This document shows, in pieces, positions 41,499 through 49,908 of a stretch of DNA of 64,000 nucleotides. The stretch lies in assembly GCA_945885475.1 (NCBI GenBank), contig CAMCYR010000009.1:16062-80061 (forward strand). Direction: 5' to 3'. The position numbers were made by a program, and so were the translations under genes. Within the stretch, counting starts at the first letter, position 1, and the number at the start of each line of letters is the position of its first letter. Origin of the DNA: Chitinophaga pinensis (GTDB lineage: Bacteria > Bacteroidota > Bacteroidia > 2-12-FULL-35-15). The notes beneath the pieces were generated by a model. That model had not been told where the DNA came from. It did no database searches and saw only the letters and a list, made by a program, of their open reading frames with translations.

Positions 41499-42239
41499 AT
41501 GAAGAGGTCAAAATACCGTTTCAGGGAATTTCTATTACTGTTAATGCTTCTCCCGATAATTTCTTTTTCACAGGAAGTAATGCCCTATCGAAAAGGGAAA
41601 GTAAAGCATCACCTGAGTGCTGGTCTTATAAAATCATTTTATCAGAATCATCCCGAACATACGAAAGGAACGAAAGCAAAATTAGGTTTTGCAGCATCCT
41701 ATCAATCAGAAATTCTTATGGGAAGAAATGCGCATCTATTGATTGGATTAGAATACCAAAGCACCGGATTCATGTTTAAGGGATATTATAAAAAAAACAA
41801 CTATACTTATCTTTTCGACCAAACATACGCTTATCTTCATGAGATAAGCATTCAGGAAGTACAGCTGCCCTTATCGATTAAGATCCCATTCAATTCAGAA
41901 AAAGAACATTTTTATTCTCCTTATTTTATAGGAGGTATTGGAGCCAGATACATATTCAGCTCTTACAGCATTATTTCTAACGACTCTACAGGTATAACCG
42001 TATTTGATGCAAAAGACAATATCGATTTTGAAAATCAATTATTATTGAAAGGATTAAATTCTTATTTCCATGTAGGATTAGGCTTACAATATAATGTCAG
42101 AAATTCAGCAAGAGCAGTTTATTTTGAGATCAAATATAAATATGGAATCTCCAGATTGCATTATGACGGAAATGACAAATCAAATGATCTGAATATCAGA
42201 GATGGGCATTTGAATTTTTCACTTGGATTCAGGCTCTGA
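41499..42239 (+). CDS. Outer-membrane beta-barrel protein (hypothetical porin-like)
   Basis: Signal peptide '[26 protein letters not shown]'; alternating aromatic beta-strand pattern, C-terminal 'FSLGFRL'; ORF track start 41439 overlaps upstream stop. Confidence 0.55.
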   Translation: MKRSKYRFREFLLLLMLLPIISFSQEVMPYRKGKVKHHLSAGLIKSFYQNHPEHTKGTKAKLGFAASYQSEILMGRNAHLLIGLEYQSTGFMFKGYYKKNNYTYLFDQTYAYLHEISIQEVQLPLSIKIPFNSEKEHFYSPYFIGGIGARYIFSSYSIISNDSTGITVFDAKDNIDFENQLLLKGLNSYFHVGLGLQYNVRNSARAVYFEIKYKYGISRLHYDGNDKSNDLNIRDGHLNFSLGFRL

Positions 42240-42250
42240 CGAACTCTTAT

Positions 42251-42721
42251 TTACTTTTTCTTCGCTGCGGGCTTATATGCCGATTCATAGGTGTTGATCC
42301 ATTCTTTCACACTAACCTTAGTCATTAATTCACCAAACAATTTGAATGGAATCTGTTCCGGCTTTTTAAAACGGATACAACTTTTACCCATATCCAACTT
42401 CGCATCGGTGTGCTTTGGATATTCTGTTGTAAACCATTTCAACAATTTTGGATCAGCATAAATGCCCATGTGGTAAAATGCAATAAAATTCTTTTGATTG
42501 GCAAGACCGGCAAAAGGCAATGGTAACTTCGGATCACAATGATAGCCATCACCATAAACAGAATGAGGAACAACATAACCGATCATTCCGTAATTTATAC
42601 ATTCGATGAAACCTTTCGGGAGATTTTTCAGAATCTCTTTTCGTAACTTTTTCAGCGGTTCAATCCTGTCTTCAGGTAATTCAGATAGATACTCCTCTGG
42701 GCTTGTAGCTTTGGATTGCAT
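42251..42721 (-). CDS. DUF1801 (YdhG-like) domain protein
   Basis: 156 aa; 'EYLSELPEDRIEPLKKLRKEI...GMIGYVVPHSVY' characteristic of DUF1801. Confidence 0.65.
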   Translation of the reverse strand: MQSKATSPEEYLSELPEDRIEPLKKLRKEILKNLPKGFIECINYGMIGYVVPHSVYGDGYHCDPKLPLPFAGLANQKNFIAFYHMGIYADPKLLKWFTTEYPKHTDAKLDMGKSCIRFKKPEQIPFKLFGELMTKVSVKEWINTYESAYKPAAKKK

Positions 42722-42837
42722 AATTAAAATAGTTCAGGTAAAAAGAAAACAAGTACGGAAAAAATTTATTCAATTACAACAAGAAATTAAAAAATACGAT
42801 ATTAAAAAAAGTGCTTTTCTGACTTACCGGTTTTTAA

Positions 42838-42866
42838 AGAAAAAACCCATTGCATTTCTGCAATGG
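42838..42866 (-). terminator. Rho-independent terminator (minus strand): stem cccattgca/tgcaatggg, loop tttc, followed on minus strand by T-run
   Basis: Perfect 9-bp inverted repeat at 42845-42866 with 'ttttttcttt' downstream on the minus strand; a second hairpin attgcc/ggcaat at 42917-42931 has T-runs on both sides. Confidence 0.5.
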
Positions 42867-43187
42867 GAGTTTACTTAATTAGACAAATTTCTCTAAACTA
42901 AATCTAATTATTAAAAATTGCCTTGGGCAATGGCTTTTTGTAAAGGATCAGTTGTTGATTTGTCAACAGCAAGAACTCCTTCAACAAATATATTTACTTG
43001 AACTAAGTACAATACAAAAGTACACTTTTCCTGATACAAAACAAATATTTGTCGCTATATTAATATTGTTTAACGATAAATTAATAGCATACATCGACAC
43101 ACAAAAATATAACATGCTGATAATCAGAACACAAGAATTAAAAATCTGTTTCAAAACAAACTAAAGTAATATTAAACAAGAATGGGT

Positions 43188-44189
43188 TTATTTAATGGCT
43201 TCCGACAAAGTTCCAAAAGCGGCGGAGGTTTCCTTTTTCAATCTATTAATAATTTCTGAGCAAGGCAGTATATCATTTATCAACTCAACACTTTGTCCAG
43301 CACACCATAAGGTTTGATAATTCCCGGGCTTAACGGATTGCTCTAGCTTTTTCATCCCACTGAGTTGCACCCACATCTTGAAATACTTTTTTGTTGTGGA
43401 ATTATTCGACAACATTCGCTCCATCCAATTTTGTTTGTATCCTATTTTCTTTGCAAACGGCGTATTAATTATTGTGCAGGGAGTCCCAGAAATCTTTTCA
43501 GTAAGAACAATGTCAGTCATATCGGAATTAACTATTGCATTTTTATATTCATTACTTACCCCGGCTTCGGTACTTGCAATAAAACGCGTTCCAATTGAAA
43601 CCCCTGCAGCACCTAACGACAACATAGATAAAATACCCGCACCATCCGCAATTCCACCGGCAGCAATAACAGGTATGTTAGGAAAGGTTTGAAGCAATGC
43701 AGGAACCAAAATTTGTAATGGATTCGGTCCGGCATGACCACCAGCACCTTGACCAACAGCAATAAATCCATCACAGCCCGACTCAGCACATTTTTTTGCA
43801 TGCTCCAGATTGGTCACATCACAAAAAACTTTTGCACCGTAAGCATGGGCTTGTTCAATAACTTGCTGAGGATTTCCCAAAGACGTAATATAAAAGGGTA
43901 CTTTTTTGGCTACACAGATCTTTAAATGCTTGTCATACAGAGGATTTGTTTTTTGGACGATCAAATTAACACCATAGGTTCCGTTTACCGAAACCCTTGA
44001 TTTTTCATTATTCAACTCATCCAATATCAACTCTAACTCATTCCCATTCCGATAATTTAAGGATGGAAAAGCTGCCGCTATTCCACTTTTCATACCTTCA
44101 ACGAGCATCTCTTTATTACTCACTAAAAACATTGGTGCCATGATTAGGGGAAAATCAATCGATAAAATTTGTGTGAGTTTAGTTTTCAT
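43188..44189 (-). CDS. Nitronate monooxygenase / NAD(P)H-dependent flavin oxidoreductase (NMO, FabK-like TIM barrel)
   Basis: 333 aa; 'FPLIMAPMFLVSNKEMLVEGMKSGIAAAFPSLN' and 'IPVIAAGGIADGAGILSMLSLGAAGVSIGTRF' FMN-binding motifs. Confidence 0.85.
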   Translation of the reverse strand: MKTKLTQILSIDFPLIMAPMFLVSNKEMLVEGMKSGIAAAFPSLNYRNGNELELILDELNNEKSRVSVNGTYGVNLIVQKTNPLYDKHLKICVAKKVPFYITSLGNPQQVIEQAHAYGAKVFCDVTNLEHAKKCAESGCDGFIAVGQGAGGHAGPNPLQILVPALLQTFPNIPVIAAGGIADGAGILSMLSLGAAGVSIGTRFIASTEAGVSNEYKNAIVNSDMTDIVLTEKISGTPCTIINTPFAKKIGYKQNWMERMLSNNSTTKKYFKMWVQLSGMKKLEQSVKPGNYQTLWCAGQSVELINDILPCSEIINRLKKETSAAFGTLSEAIK

Positions 44190-44293
44190 TTGCTTTCACT
44201 TTTATTGTTGATTATCACTAAATTATTTTATTTTTGGTAATGTAAAAGTAAGCAATTCAGAAGAAACTCATTAAACAGAAAAAAAAACATTCC

Positions 44294-46063
44294 ATGGCTA
44301 TAACTCGGGTATTCGATATTCTTCCTCAACTCCAAGAAAAATATAACAAGCCAAACGCATTAGGAGCAAAGGAAAATGGTAAATGGAGAACTTATTCTAC
44401 TCAAGAGTTTATTGAGTATGTAAATAACTTAAGTTATGGTTTACATAATTTAGGATTAGAGAGAGAAGATAAAATTGCCATTATAGCAAACAATCGTCCC
44501 GAATGGAACTTTGTTGATTTTGCAACTCAACAATCTGGAGCAGTTAGTGTTCCAATTTATCCAACTGTGAGCGAACACGATTTAACTTTCATTTTAAACG
44601 ATGCAAAAATTAAATATGTTTTTGTTTCTAGTTCTGAATTGTATTCAAAAGTAAAAGCTGCTTCTGCTAGCGTGCCGTCTATAAAAGGTATTTATACTTT
44701 TAATAACGTAGATGGAGCAAAAAATTGGATGGACCTAGTAAATGATGGAAAACAAAATCCGAAAGCGAAAGAAATTGAAGTAATTAAAAATAGCATTACT
44801 CCAAATGATTTGTTTTCCATTTTATATACATCAGGAACAACTGGAAATCCAAAGGGTGTTATGCTTTCTCATAATAACTTAATAAGTAACTCAATTGCGA
44901 GCCAAGTTTTAGCCCCGTTTGAATCAAACTGGATAGCACTTAGCTTCTTGCCTTTGAATCACGTTTACGAACGGATGCTTTCGACACTCTATTTTTATTT
45001 AGGTATATCAGTATATTATGCTGAAAATATGGAAACGATTGGTGATAATTTAAAAGAAATACAACCTCAGGTATTTGGGACTGTTCCGCGTTTATTAGAA
45101 AAAGTATACGATAAAATTGTAGCAAAGGGAGAAGATCTAACTGGAATTAAAAAGAAATTATTTTTCTGGGCACTTGATTTAGGATTGCGTTATGAATTAA
45201 ACGCTGTAAATGGCTGGTGGTATGAATTCCAACTAAAAATAGCCAATAAAATTATTTTCAATAAATGGAGAGAAGCATTGGGAGGAAAAGTTGTTGCAGT
45301 TGCTTCAGGTGGAGCAGCATTACAACCTCGATTAGCAAGAGTTTTTTGTGCGGCACGAATAATTGTGCTGGAAGGATACGGATTAACTGAAACTTCACCA
45401 GTTGTTGCGGTAAATAATTTTCTACCAAACGGAATTAAATTTGGAACCGTTGGAACGATTCTAGATAAAGTTACTGTATCGTTTGCTCCAGATGGAGAAA
45501 TTTTAGTAAAAGGTCCAAATGTTATGTTGGGTTATTATAATCGTCCTGATGCTACAGCAGAAGCGATTGATGCAGATGGTTGGTTTCATACAGGTGACAT
45601 CGGAATTTTGGAAGAAGGAAGATTTTTAAAAATTACTGATCGTAAAAAAGAAATTTTTAAAACATCTGGAGGAAAATACATTGCGCCAGTAATGATTGAA
45701 AACAAATTAAAAGAATCACCATTCATTGAACAAGTAATGGTGATTGGAGAAAATCAAAAATATGCATCTGCTTTTATTGTTCCAGCTTTTGCATTTTTAA
45801 AAGAATATTGCAAACGCAAAGACATAGAATATACTACCAACGAAGAAATGATTAATAACCCCGTTATTAAAGCGCGCATTCTTCAAGAAGTTGAAAAAGC
45901 TAATAAAACCTTAGCACAATACGAAACAATAAAGCGACCTGAATTACTTTCACGCGAATGGAGCATCGAGAAAAATGAAATGACTCCTAAGCTTTCATTA
46001 AAAAGAAAAATAATAATGGAAGCAAATAAAGATTTGTTAAATAAAATATTCGGTACCGAATAA
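44294..46063 (+). CDS. fadD: Long-chain fatty acid--CoA ligase (AMP-binding)
   Basis: 589 aa; AMP-binding motif 'YTSGTTGNPKGVMLSHNN' and 'GYGLTETS'. Confidence 0.9.
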   Translation: MAITRVFDILPQLQEKYNKPNALGAKENGKWRTYSTQEFIEYVNNLSYGLHNLGLEREDKIAIIANNRPEWNFVDFATQQSGAVSVPIYPTVSEHDLTFILNDAKIKYVFVSSSELYSKVKAASASVPSIKGIYTFNNVDGAKNWMDLVNDGKQNPKAKEIEVIKNSITPNDLFSILYTSGTTGNPKGVMLSHNNLISNSIASQVLAPFESNWIALSFLPLNHVYERMLSTLYFYLGISVYYAENMETIGDNLKEIQPQVFGTVPRLLEKVYDKIVAKGEDLTGIKKKLFFWALDLGLRYELNAVNGWWYEFQLKIANKIIFNKWREALGGKVVAVASGGAALQPRLARVFCAARIIVLEGYGLTETSPVVAVNNFLPNGIKFGTVGTILDKVTVSFAPDGEILVKGPNVMLGYYNRPDATAEAIDADGWFHTGDIGILEEGRFLKITDRKKEIFKTSGGKYIAPVMIENKLKESPFIEQVMVIGENQKYASAFIVPAFAFLKEYCKRKDIEYTTNEEMINNPVIKARILQEVEKANKTLAQYETIKRPELLSREWSIEKNEMTPKLSLKRKIIMEANKDLLNKIFGTE

Positions 46064-46067
46064 TATT

Positions 46068-48026
46068 ATGTCAACAAAAAAGAGCAACAACGCAAAGCAC
46101 AAGGCCCACGAGCCGAAAATTAAACCGGAGTACAAGCCGTTCGCTTTTGACAGAAAGTTAGTTTTTACACTTTCATTTGTGATTGCACTCTTTGCATTCC
46201 TTTTATATTCAAATACACTCGAGCACCAGTTTGTTTTGGACGACTATTCCGTTATTAAAGAAAACCAACTCACAAAAGGGGGAACCTCTTCGTTGAAAGA
46301 AATATTCACATCGAGCTACAGAGAAGGTTATGGAAATAACGAAAAAAATTTATATCGTCCTTTAACAAAAGTAATGTTTGCTATTGAATGGCAATTATCA
46401 CCGAATAATCCTCACTTCCATCACCTAATCAACGTATTGATGTACGCGTTTGTTTGCGTTTTGTTGTTTTTTGTGCTAATCCGTTACACAAAAATCAATA
46501 TTTATCTTTTATTTATTACCGCCTTGTTATTTGCTGCTCATCCTATTCATACAGAAGTAGTCGCAAATATTAAAAGTCGTGACGAGCTTTCCAGCATGCT
46601 ATTCTTATTGCTTTCGTTAGTGTGTATTTCAAAATACGTAAGCTCTAATAAAATAGGAATGCTGATCGGGACGTTACTTTGCTTCTTTTTAGCTTTACTT
46701 TCAAAAGAATCAGCAATTGTATATGTGGCAATAGCTCCTTTATTTATTTACTTTTTTACTGAAACACCACTTAAAAAAAACTTAAAAATAACAGGCTTAT
46801 TAGCTGCAGCTGCCATACTGTATATGATACTTCACGTAAAGATCATTGGCAGTATCGGGATTAAAAACATTCCGGTGATCGATAATTCTTTATTATACAC
46901 AAGTGATCTGATACAACAAAAAGCAACTGCAATAATGATCTTAGGGAAATATTTTTTATTGATGCTTATTCCATATCCCTTATGTTCCGACTATTCCTTC
47001 AACACAATTCCAATTGTTACGTCATTGGCTAATAGTGGGTTTTTATTCGCTTTGATTTTGCATGTCTTCCTGCTTTATTATGCAATAAAAAAAATAAAAG
47101 AAAAACATATAGTATCCTTTTGCATTCTCTTTTATCTAGCAGCAATGGCCTTGGCATCAAATATTTTTATGCTAATCGGGACACATCTGGCCGAACGTCT
47201 TCTTTTCTTCCCCTCTATCGCCTTTTGTATGGCGTCTGTCTTTTTATTGTCAAAATTATTCAAGATAAATAGTACAGAGACTGCATTAAAAACAGGATCC
47301 ATCTTCAACATAAATAAATCACTATTGATTGTAACCGGACTGATCCTGATTTTATATTCTGCTAAAACCTATTCGAGAAATAAAGACTGGAAATCGGATA
47401 CGACTTTATTCGGACGTGATCTAAAAACCGTTCCAAACAGCGCGCACATGCTTTTTTACTATGCCAACAACCTTGCAAATAAAGATTCGCTGAACGCAGT
47501 TAAAGATCCGAAAGAAAGAGAACTTCGACTTATCAATGCTCAAAAAAGCATCAAAAAAGCATTGGATCTGTATGAGTTATTTCCGGATGCACACAATGTT
47601 GCCGGGCGGATTTATTACGAACAAAAAAATTACGAAGCATCATTCAAAAGTTACAACAGAGCATTGGAAATGAATCCCGGAAAAGGAATGTATCACAACA
47701 ATGCAGGAACTTGTTTGTTTTCTATCGGTAACTATGCTGAAGCAGCAAAAGCGTTTCAGAAGGCTATAGATATTGATAAATATGATGTAGATGCGCGCTG
47801 TAACCTCGGAAGTGCTTATGGAGCGATGGGTGAAGCTTATAAAGCTCAAAAAGATTTAGCAAATGCAAACAAAATGTTTATGCTTGCAATTGAAAGTTTT
47901 AAAAAAGTAACACAGATTGATCCGAATTATAAATCGGCATACCAGTTTATTGGCGTGACATATATGAATATGGGAGATTCTGCAAACGGACAACAATTCA
48001 TAAATAAAGCGAACAGTATCAAATAA
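46068..48026 (+). CDS. TMTC-like polytopic membrane protein with C-terminal TPR repeats (putative GT-C-fold O-mannosyltransferase-like)
   Basis: 652 aa; N-terminal 'YSNTLEHQFVLDDYSVIKEN' motif typical of bacterial TMTC/DUF1736-like proteins, ~10 TM segments, then ~5 TPR units. Confidence 0.6.
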   Translation: MSTKKSNNAKHKAHEPKIKPEYKPFAFDRKLVFTLSFVIALFAFLLYSNTLEHQFVLDDYSVIKENQLTKGGTSSLKEIFTSSYREGYGNNEKNLYRPLTKVMFAIEWQLSPNNPHFHHLINVLMYAFVCVLLFFVLIRYTKINIYLLFITALLFAAHPIHTEVVANIKSRDELSSMLFLLLSLVCISKYVSSNKIGMLIGTLLCFFLALLSKESAIVYVAIAPLFIYFFTETPLKKNLKITGLLAAAAILYMILHVKIIGSIGIKNIPVIDNSLLYTSDLIQQKATAIMILGKYFLLMLIPYPLCSDYSFNTIPIVTSLANSGFLFALILHVFLLYYAIKKIKEKHIVSFCILFYLAAMALASNIFMLIGTHLAERLLFFPSIAFCMASVFLLSKLFKINSTETALKTGSIFNINKSLLIVTGLILILYSAKTYSRNKDWKSDTTLFGRDLKTVPNSAHMLFYYANNLANKDSLNAVKDPKERELRLINAQKSIKKALDLYELFPDAHNVAGRIYYEQKNYEASFKSYNRALEMNPGKGMYHNNAGTCLFSIGNYAEAAKAFQKAIDIDKYDVDARCNLGSAYGAMGEAYKAQKDLANANKMFMLAIESFKKVTQIDPNYKSAYQFIGVTYMNMGDSANGQQFINKANSIK

Positions 48027-48049
48027 TCGCCATTTTGCTACTATCAAAT

Positions 48050-48076
48050 AAAGGCTCAATGATCAATTGAGCCTTT
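48050..48076. terminator. Bidirectional rho-independent terminator (perfect 11-bp stem aaaggctcaat/attgagccttt, loop gatca) between convergent genes
   Basis: Read directly; followed by 'attatttacg' T-rich tract; sits between 46068..48026(+) and 48082..48720(-). Confidence 0.65.
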
Positions 48077-48081
48077 ATTAT

Positions 48082-48720
48082 TTACGAATCAGCTAGTATT
48101 TTTTCGATTGTGGCTGTCAGGTTAATTTGATCTACATAGCCCTTCGCGATCAGAAAAAACTCCCCATTTTTAACAAGAATTACTGCTGGAAATCCGGTGA
48201 TTCCCCATTCCTGTATCATTTTAAAAAGAGTGGTCGTCTCCAACCGATAATCATCACTTGTCAATCTCTTTAAATACTCCTCCGGATCGATCGAATAAGG
48301 TCGAATTAAGTCAAGATAAACCTGTTCATCACCAAGATCTTTACCATCAATATAGTGAGCCTTTTGAACAGATGAAGCAAAAACAATTGCATCTTTTTGA
48401 TTGAAAGACTTAAATACCTCAACTGCAATGCTTGGTTTGAGCGAAGACTGATATAAACTTTTGTTTCTCAATTGGGATAAGTATGGCTCTCCGAATTTGA
48501 CTCCTGTCAGTTCTTCTAAACGAGGTAATGCCTTTAAGATATAATCAGCAAAATCTCCGATCAAGCCCTCCCTTTCTCCAATCACCATTCCACCACTAAT
48601 AATTTCAAAATCAATTTTATCCTTGTATTCACCTTCAATCTTTCTGATAACGGGAGAAAAACCATAACACCAGCCGCACAATGGGTCGTATATGTATATT
48701 ATTTTGGGAGTGGTACTCAT
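48082..48720 (-). CDS. DsbA-family thioredoxin-like protein (FrnE/DsbA oxidoreductase type)
   Basis: 212 aa; 'YIYDPLCGWCYGFSPV' CxxC in thioredoxin fold. Confidence 0.8.
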   Translation of the reverse strand: MSTTPKIIYIYDPLCGWCYGFSPVIRKIEGEYKDKIDFEIISGGMVIGEREGLIGDFADYILKALPRLEELTGVKFGEPYLSQLRNKSLYQSSLKPSIAVEVFKSFNQKDAIVFASSVQKAHYIDGKDLGDEQVYLDLIRPYSIDPEEYLKRLTSDDYRLETTTLFKMIQEWGITGFPAVILVKNGEFFLIAKGYVDQINLTATIEKILADS

Positions 48721-49334
48721 TTTCTTTCTTTTATAAATTTAGGAATACTCAAATTTTTCTTAACTGCAACAATCCGGATCATCATTATTAGCAACGCTGA
48801 AGAAAGAAAGTTTACATTTCGCTCACAGCCCAAATAATCAAGAAACAAATATAAAATTGCACCGGCCAGACAGGCGGTCGCATAGATTTCTTTTTTAAAA
48901 ATAATAGGTATTTCGTTCGTCAGCAAATCGCGGATCACTCCGCCCATTACAGCAGAAAACATACCCATAATCGCTGAAATGATGGGATTTAAGCCCAGGT
49001 TGATCGCTTTTTCTGTCCCGACAATAGTAAACAAAGCTATACCTAAAGTATCAAACAAAAAAAAGGTTCTTCTAAGTTTAATAAGTGTTTTGAAGAAAAT
49101 ACTTGCCAAAATAACACCAGCAATAATGGCATAAACAAAGTTGATATCGCTAACCCAAACCAATGGATGACTTCCCAAAAGAATATCCCTTAAACTACCA
49201 CCACCAATGGCAGTAATAAATCCAATAAAACTAGCACCAAACCAATCAGGCTGAGCTTTATCATTGGCTGCCAAAGCTCCTGAAATGGCAAAAAAGCCTG
49301 TACCTATGATCTCAGAAATATATTGAATCTCCAT
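48717..49334 (-). CDS. Trimeric intracellular cation channel (TRIC/UPF0126) family membrane protein
   Basis: 'GTGFFAISGALAAN...ITAIGGGSLRDILLG' twice-repeated glycine-rich UPF0126 motif; start placed at Met40 of ORF 48717..49451. Confidence 0.8.
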   Translation of the reverse strand: MEIQYISEIIGTGFFAISGALAANDKAQPDWFGASFIGFITAIGGGSLRDILLGSHPLVWVSDINFVYAIIAGVILASIFFKTLIKLRRTFFLFDTLGIALFTIVGTEKAINLGLNPIISAIMGMFSAVMGGVIRDLLTNEIPIIFKKEIYATACLAGAILYLFLDYLGCERNVNFLSSALLIMMIRIVAVKKNLSIPKFIKERK

Positions 49335-49397
49335 CTTTATAAATAAAGTACAAATGTAGGCAAGAAAAGGACAAAGAGGAGGATCATTAAAATTATT

Positions 49398-49417
49398 TAT
49401 ATTATGCTTGCATAATA
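49398..49417. promoter_or_regulatory. 20-bp perfect palindrome ATATTATGC-tt-GCATAATAT ~30 bp upstream of marR start; candidate MarR operator
   Basis: Read directly from sequence; positioned in divergent promoter region between TRIC gene and marR-fad operon. Confidence 0.4.
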
Positions 49418-49444
49418 TAAAACTATCAATATATTTGTAAAACA

Positions 49445-49897
49445 ATGTCAAAAAAGCACACAGAAACCGTTGATTCGAAATTAAAAACTGCTTGGCAGAT
49501 CATTAGCCGCATGTACAATGCGGAAGCGGCACAACATAGCGCAAGTATAGCAATAGGTCACTTCTTGCTAAACATTGATAGTAATGAAGGTGCTTACGCT
49601 TCCGAAATCGCACCTAGACTAGGCATGGAAAGTACATCTCTTTCAAGAATCACGAAAGCACTGGAAGATGAAAAGTTAATCATCCGAAAAGCAGACAAAG
49701 ATGACAAACGAAAAGTAAAGATCCTTTTAACACAAAAAGGAAAAGAAAATAAAGAGCTTGCTAAAAAAATTGTACGTAATTTTAATACGGAGATAGAAAA
49801 AAAGATCGGCAAAAATAAAATAGATGAATTTTTCAAAACCGTAGACGATATTATTTTAATAGCAGAAGAAAAAAATAAACTTTTGAAACTTGGTTAA
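49445..49897 (+). CDS. MarR-family transcriptional regulator
   Basis: 150 aa; winged-helix region 'ASEIAPRLGMESTSLSRITKALEDEKLIIRKADKDDKRKVKILLTQKG'. Confidence 0.85.
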   Translation: MSKKHTETVDSKLKTAWQIISRMYNAEAAQHSASIAIGHFLLNIDSNEGAYASEIAPRLGMESTSLSRITKALEDEKLIIRKADKDDKRKVKILLTQKGKENKELAKKIVRNFNTEIEKKIGKNKIDEFFKTVDDIILIAEEKNKLLKLG

Positions 49898-49908
49898 CTC
49901 TTAATACT

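Noticed and set aside
42606-42878. 90-aa plus-strand ORF between the DUF1801 and nitronate monooxygenase genes
   Set aside because: It overlaps the DUF1801 gene start on the opposite strand and contains the minus-strand terminator hairpin. The translation is Lys/Phe-rich low-complexity.
43365-43925. Plus-strand ORFs (77, 104, 63 aa) inside the nitronate monooxygenase gene
   Set aside because: They are antisense to a well-supported 333-aa enzyme gene.
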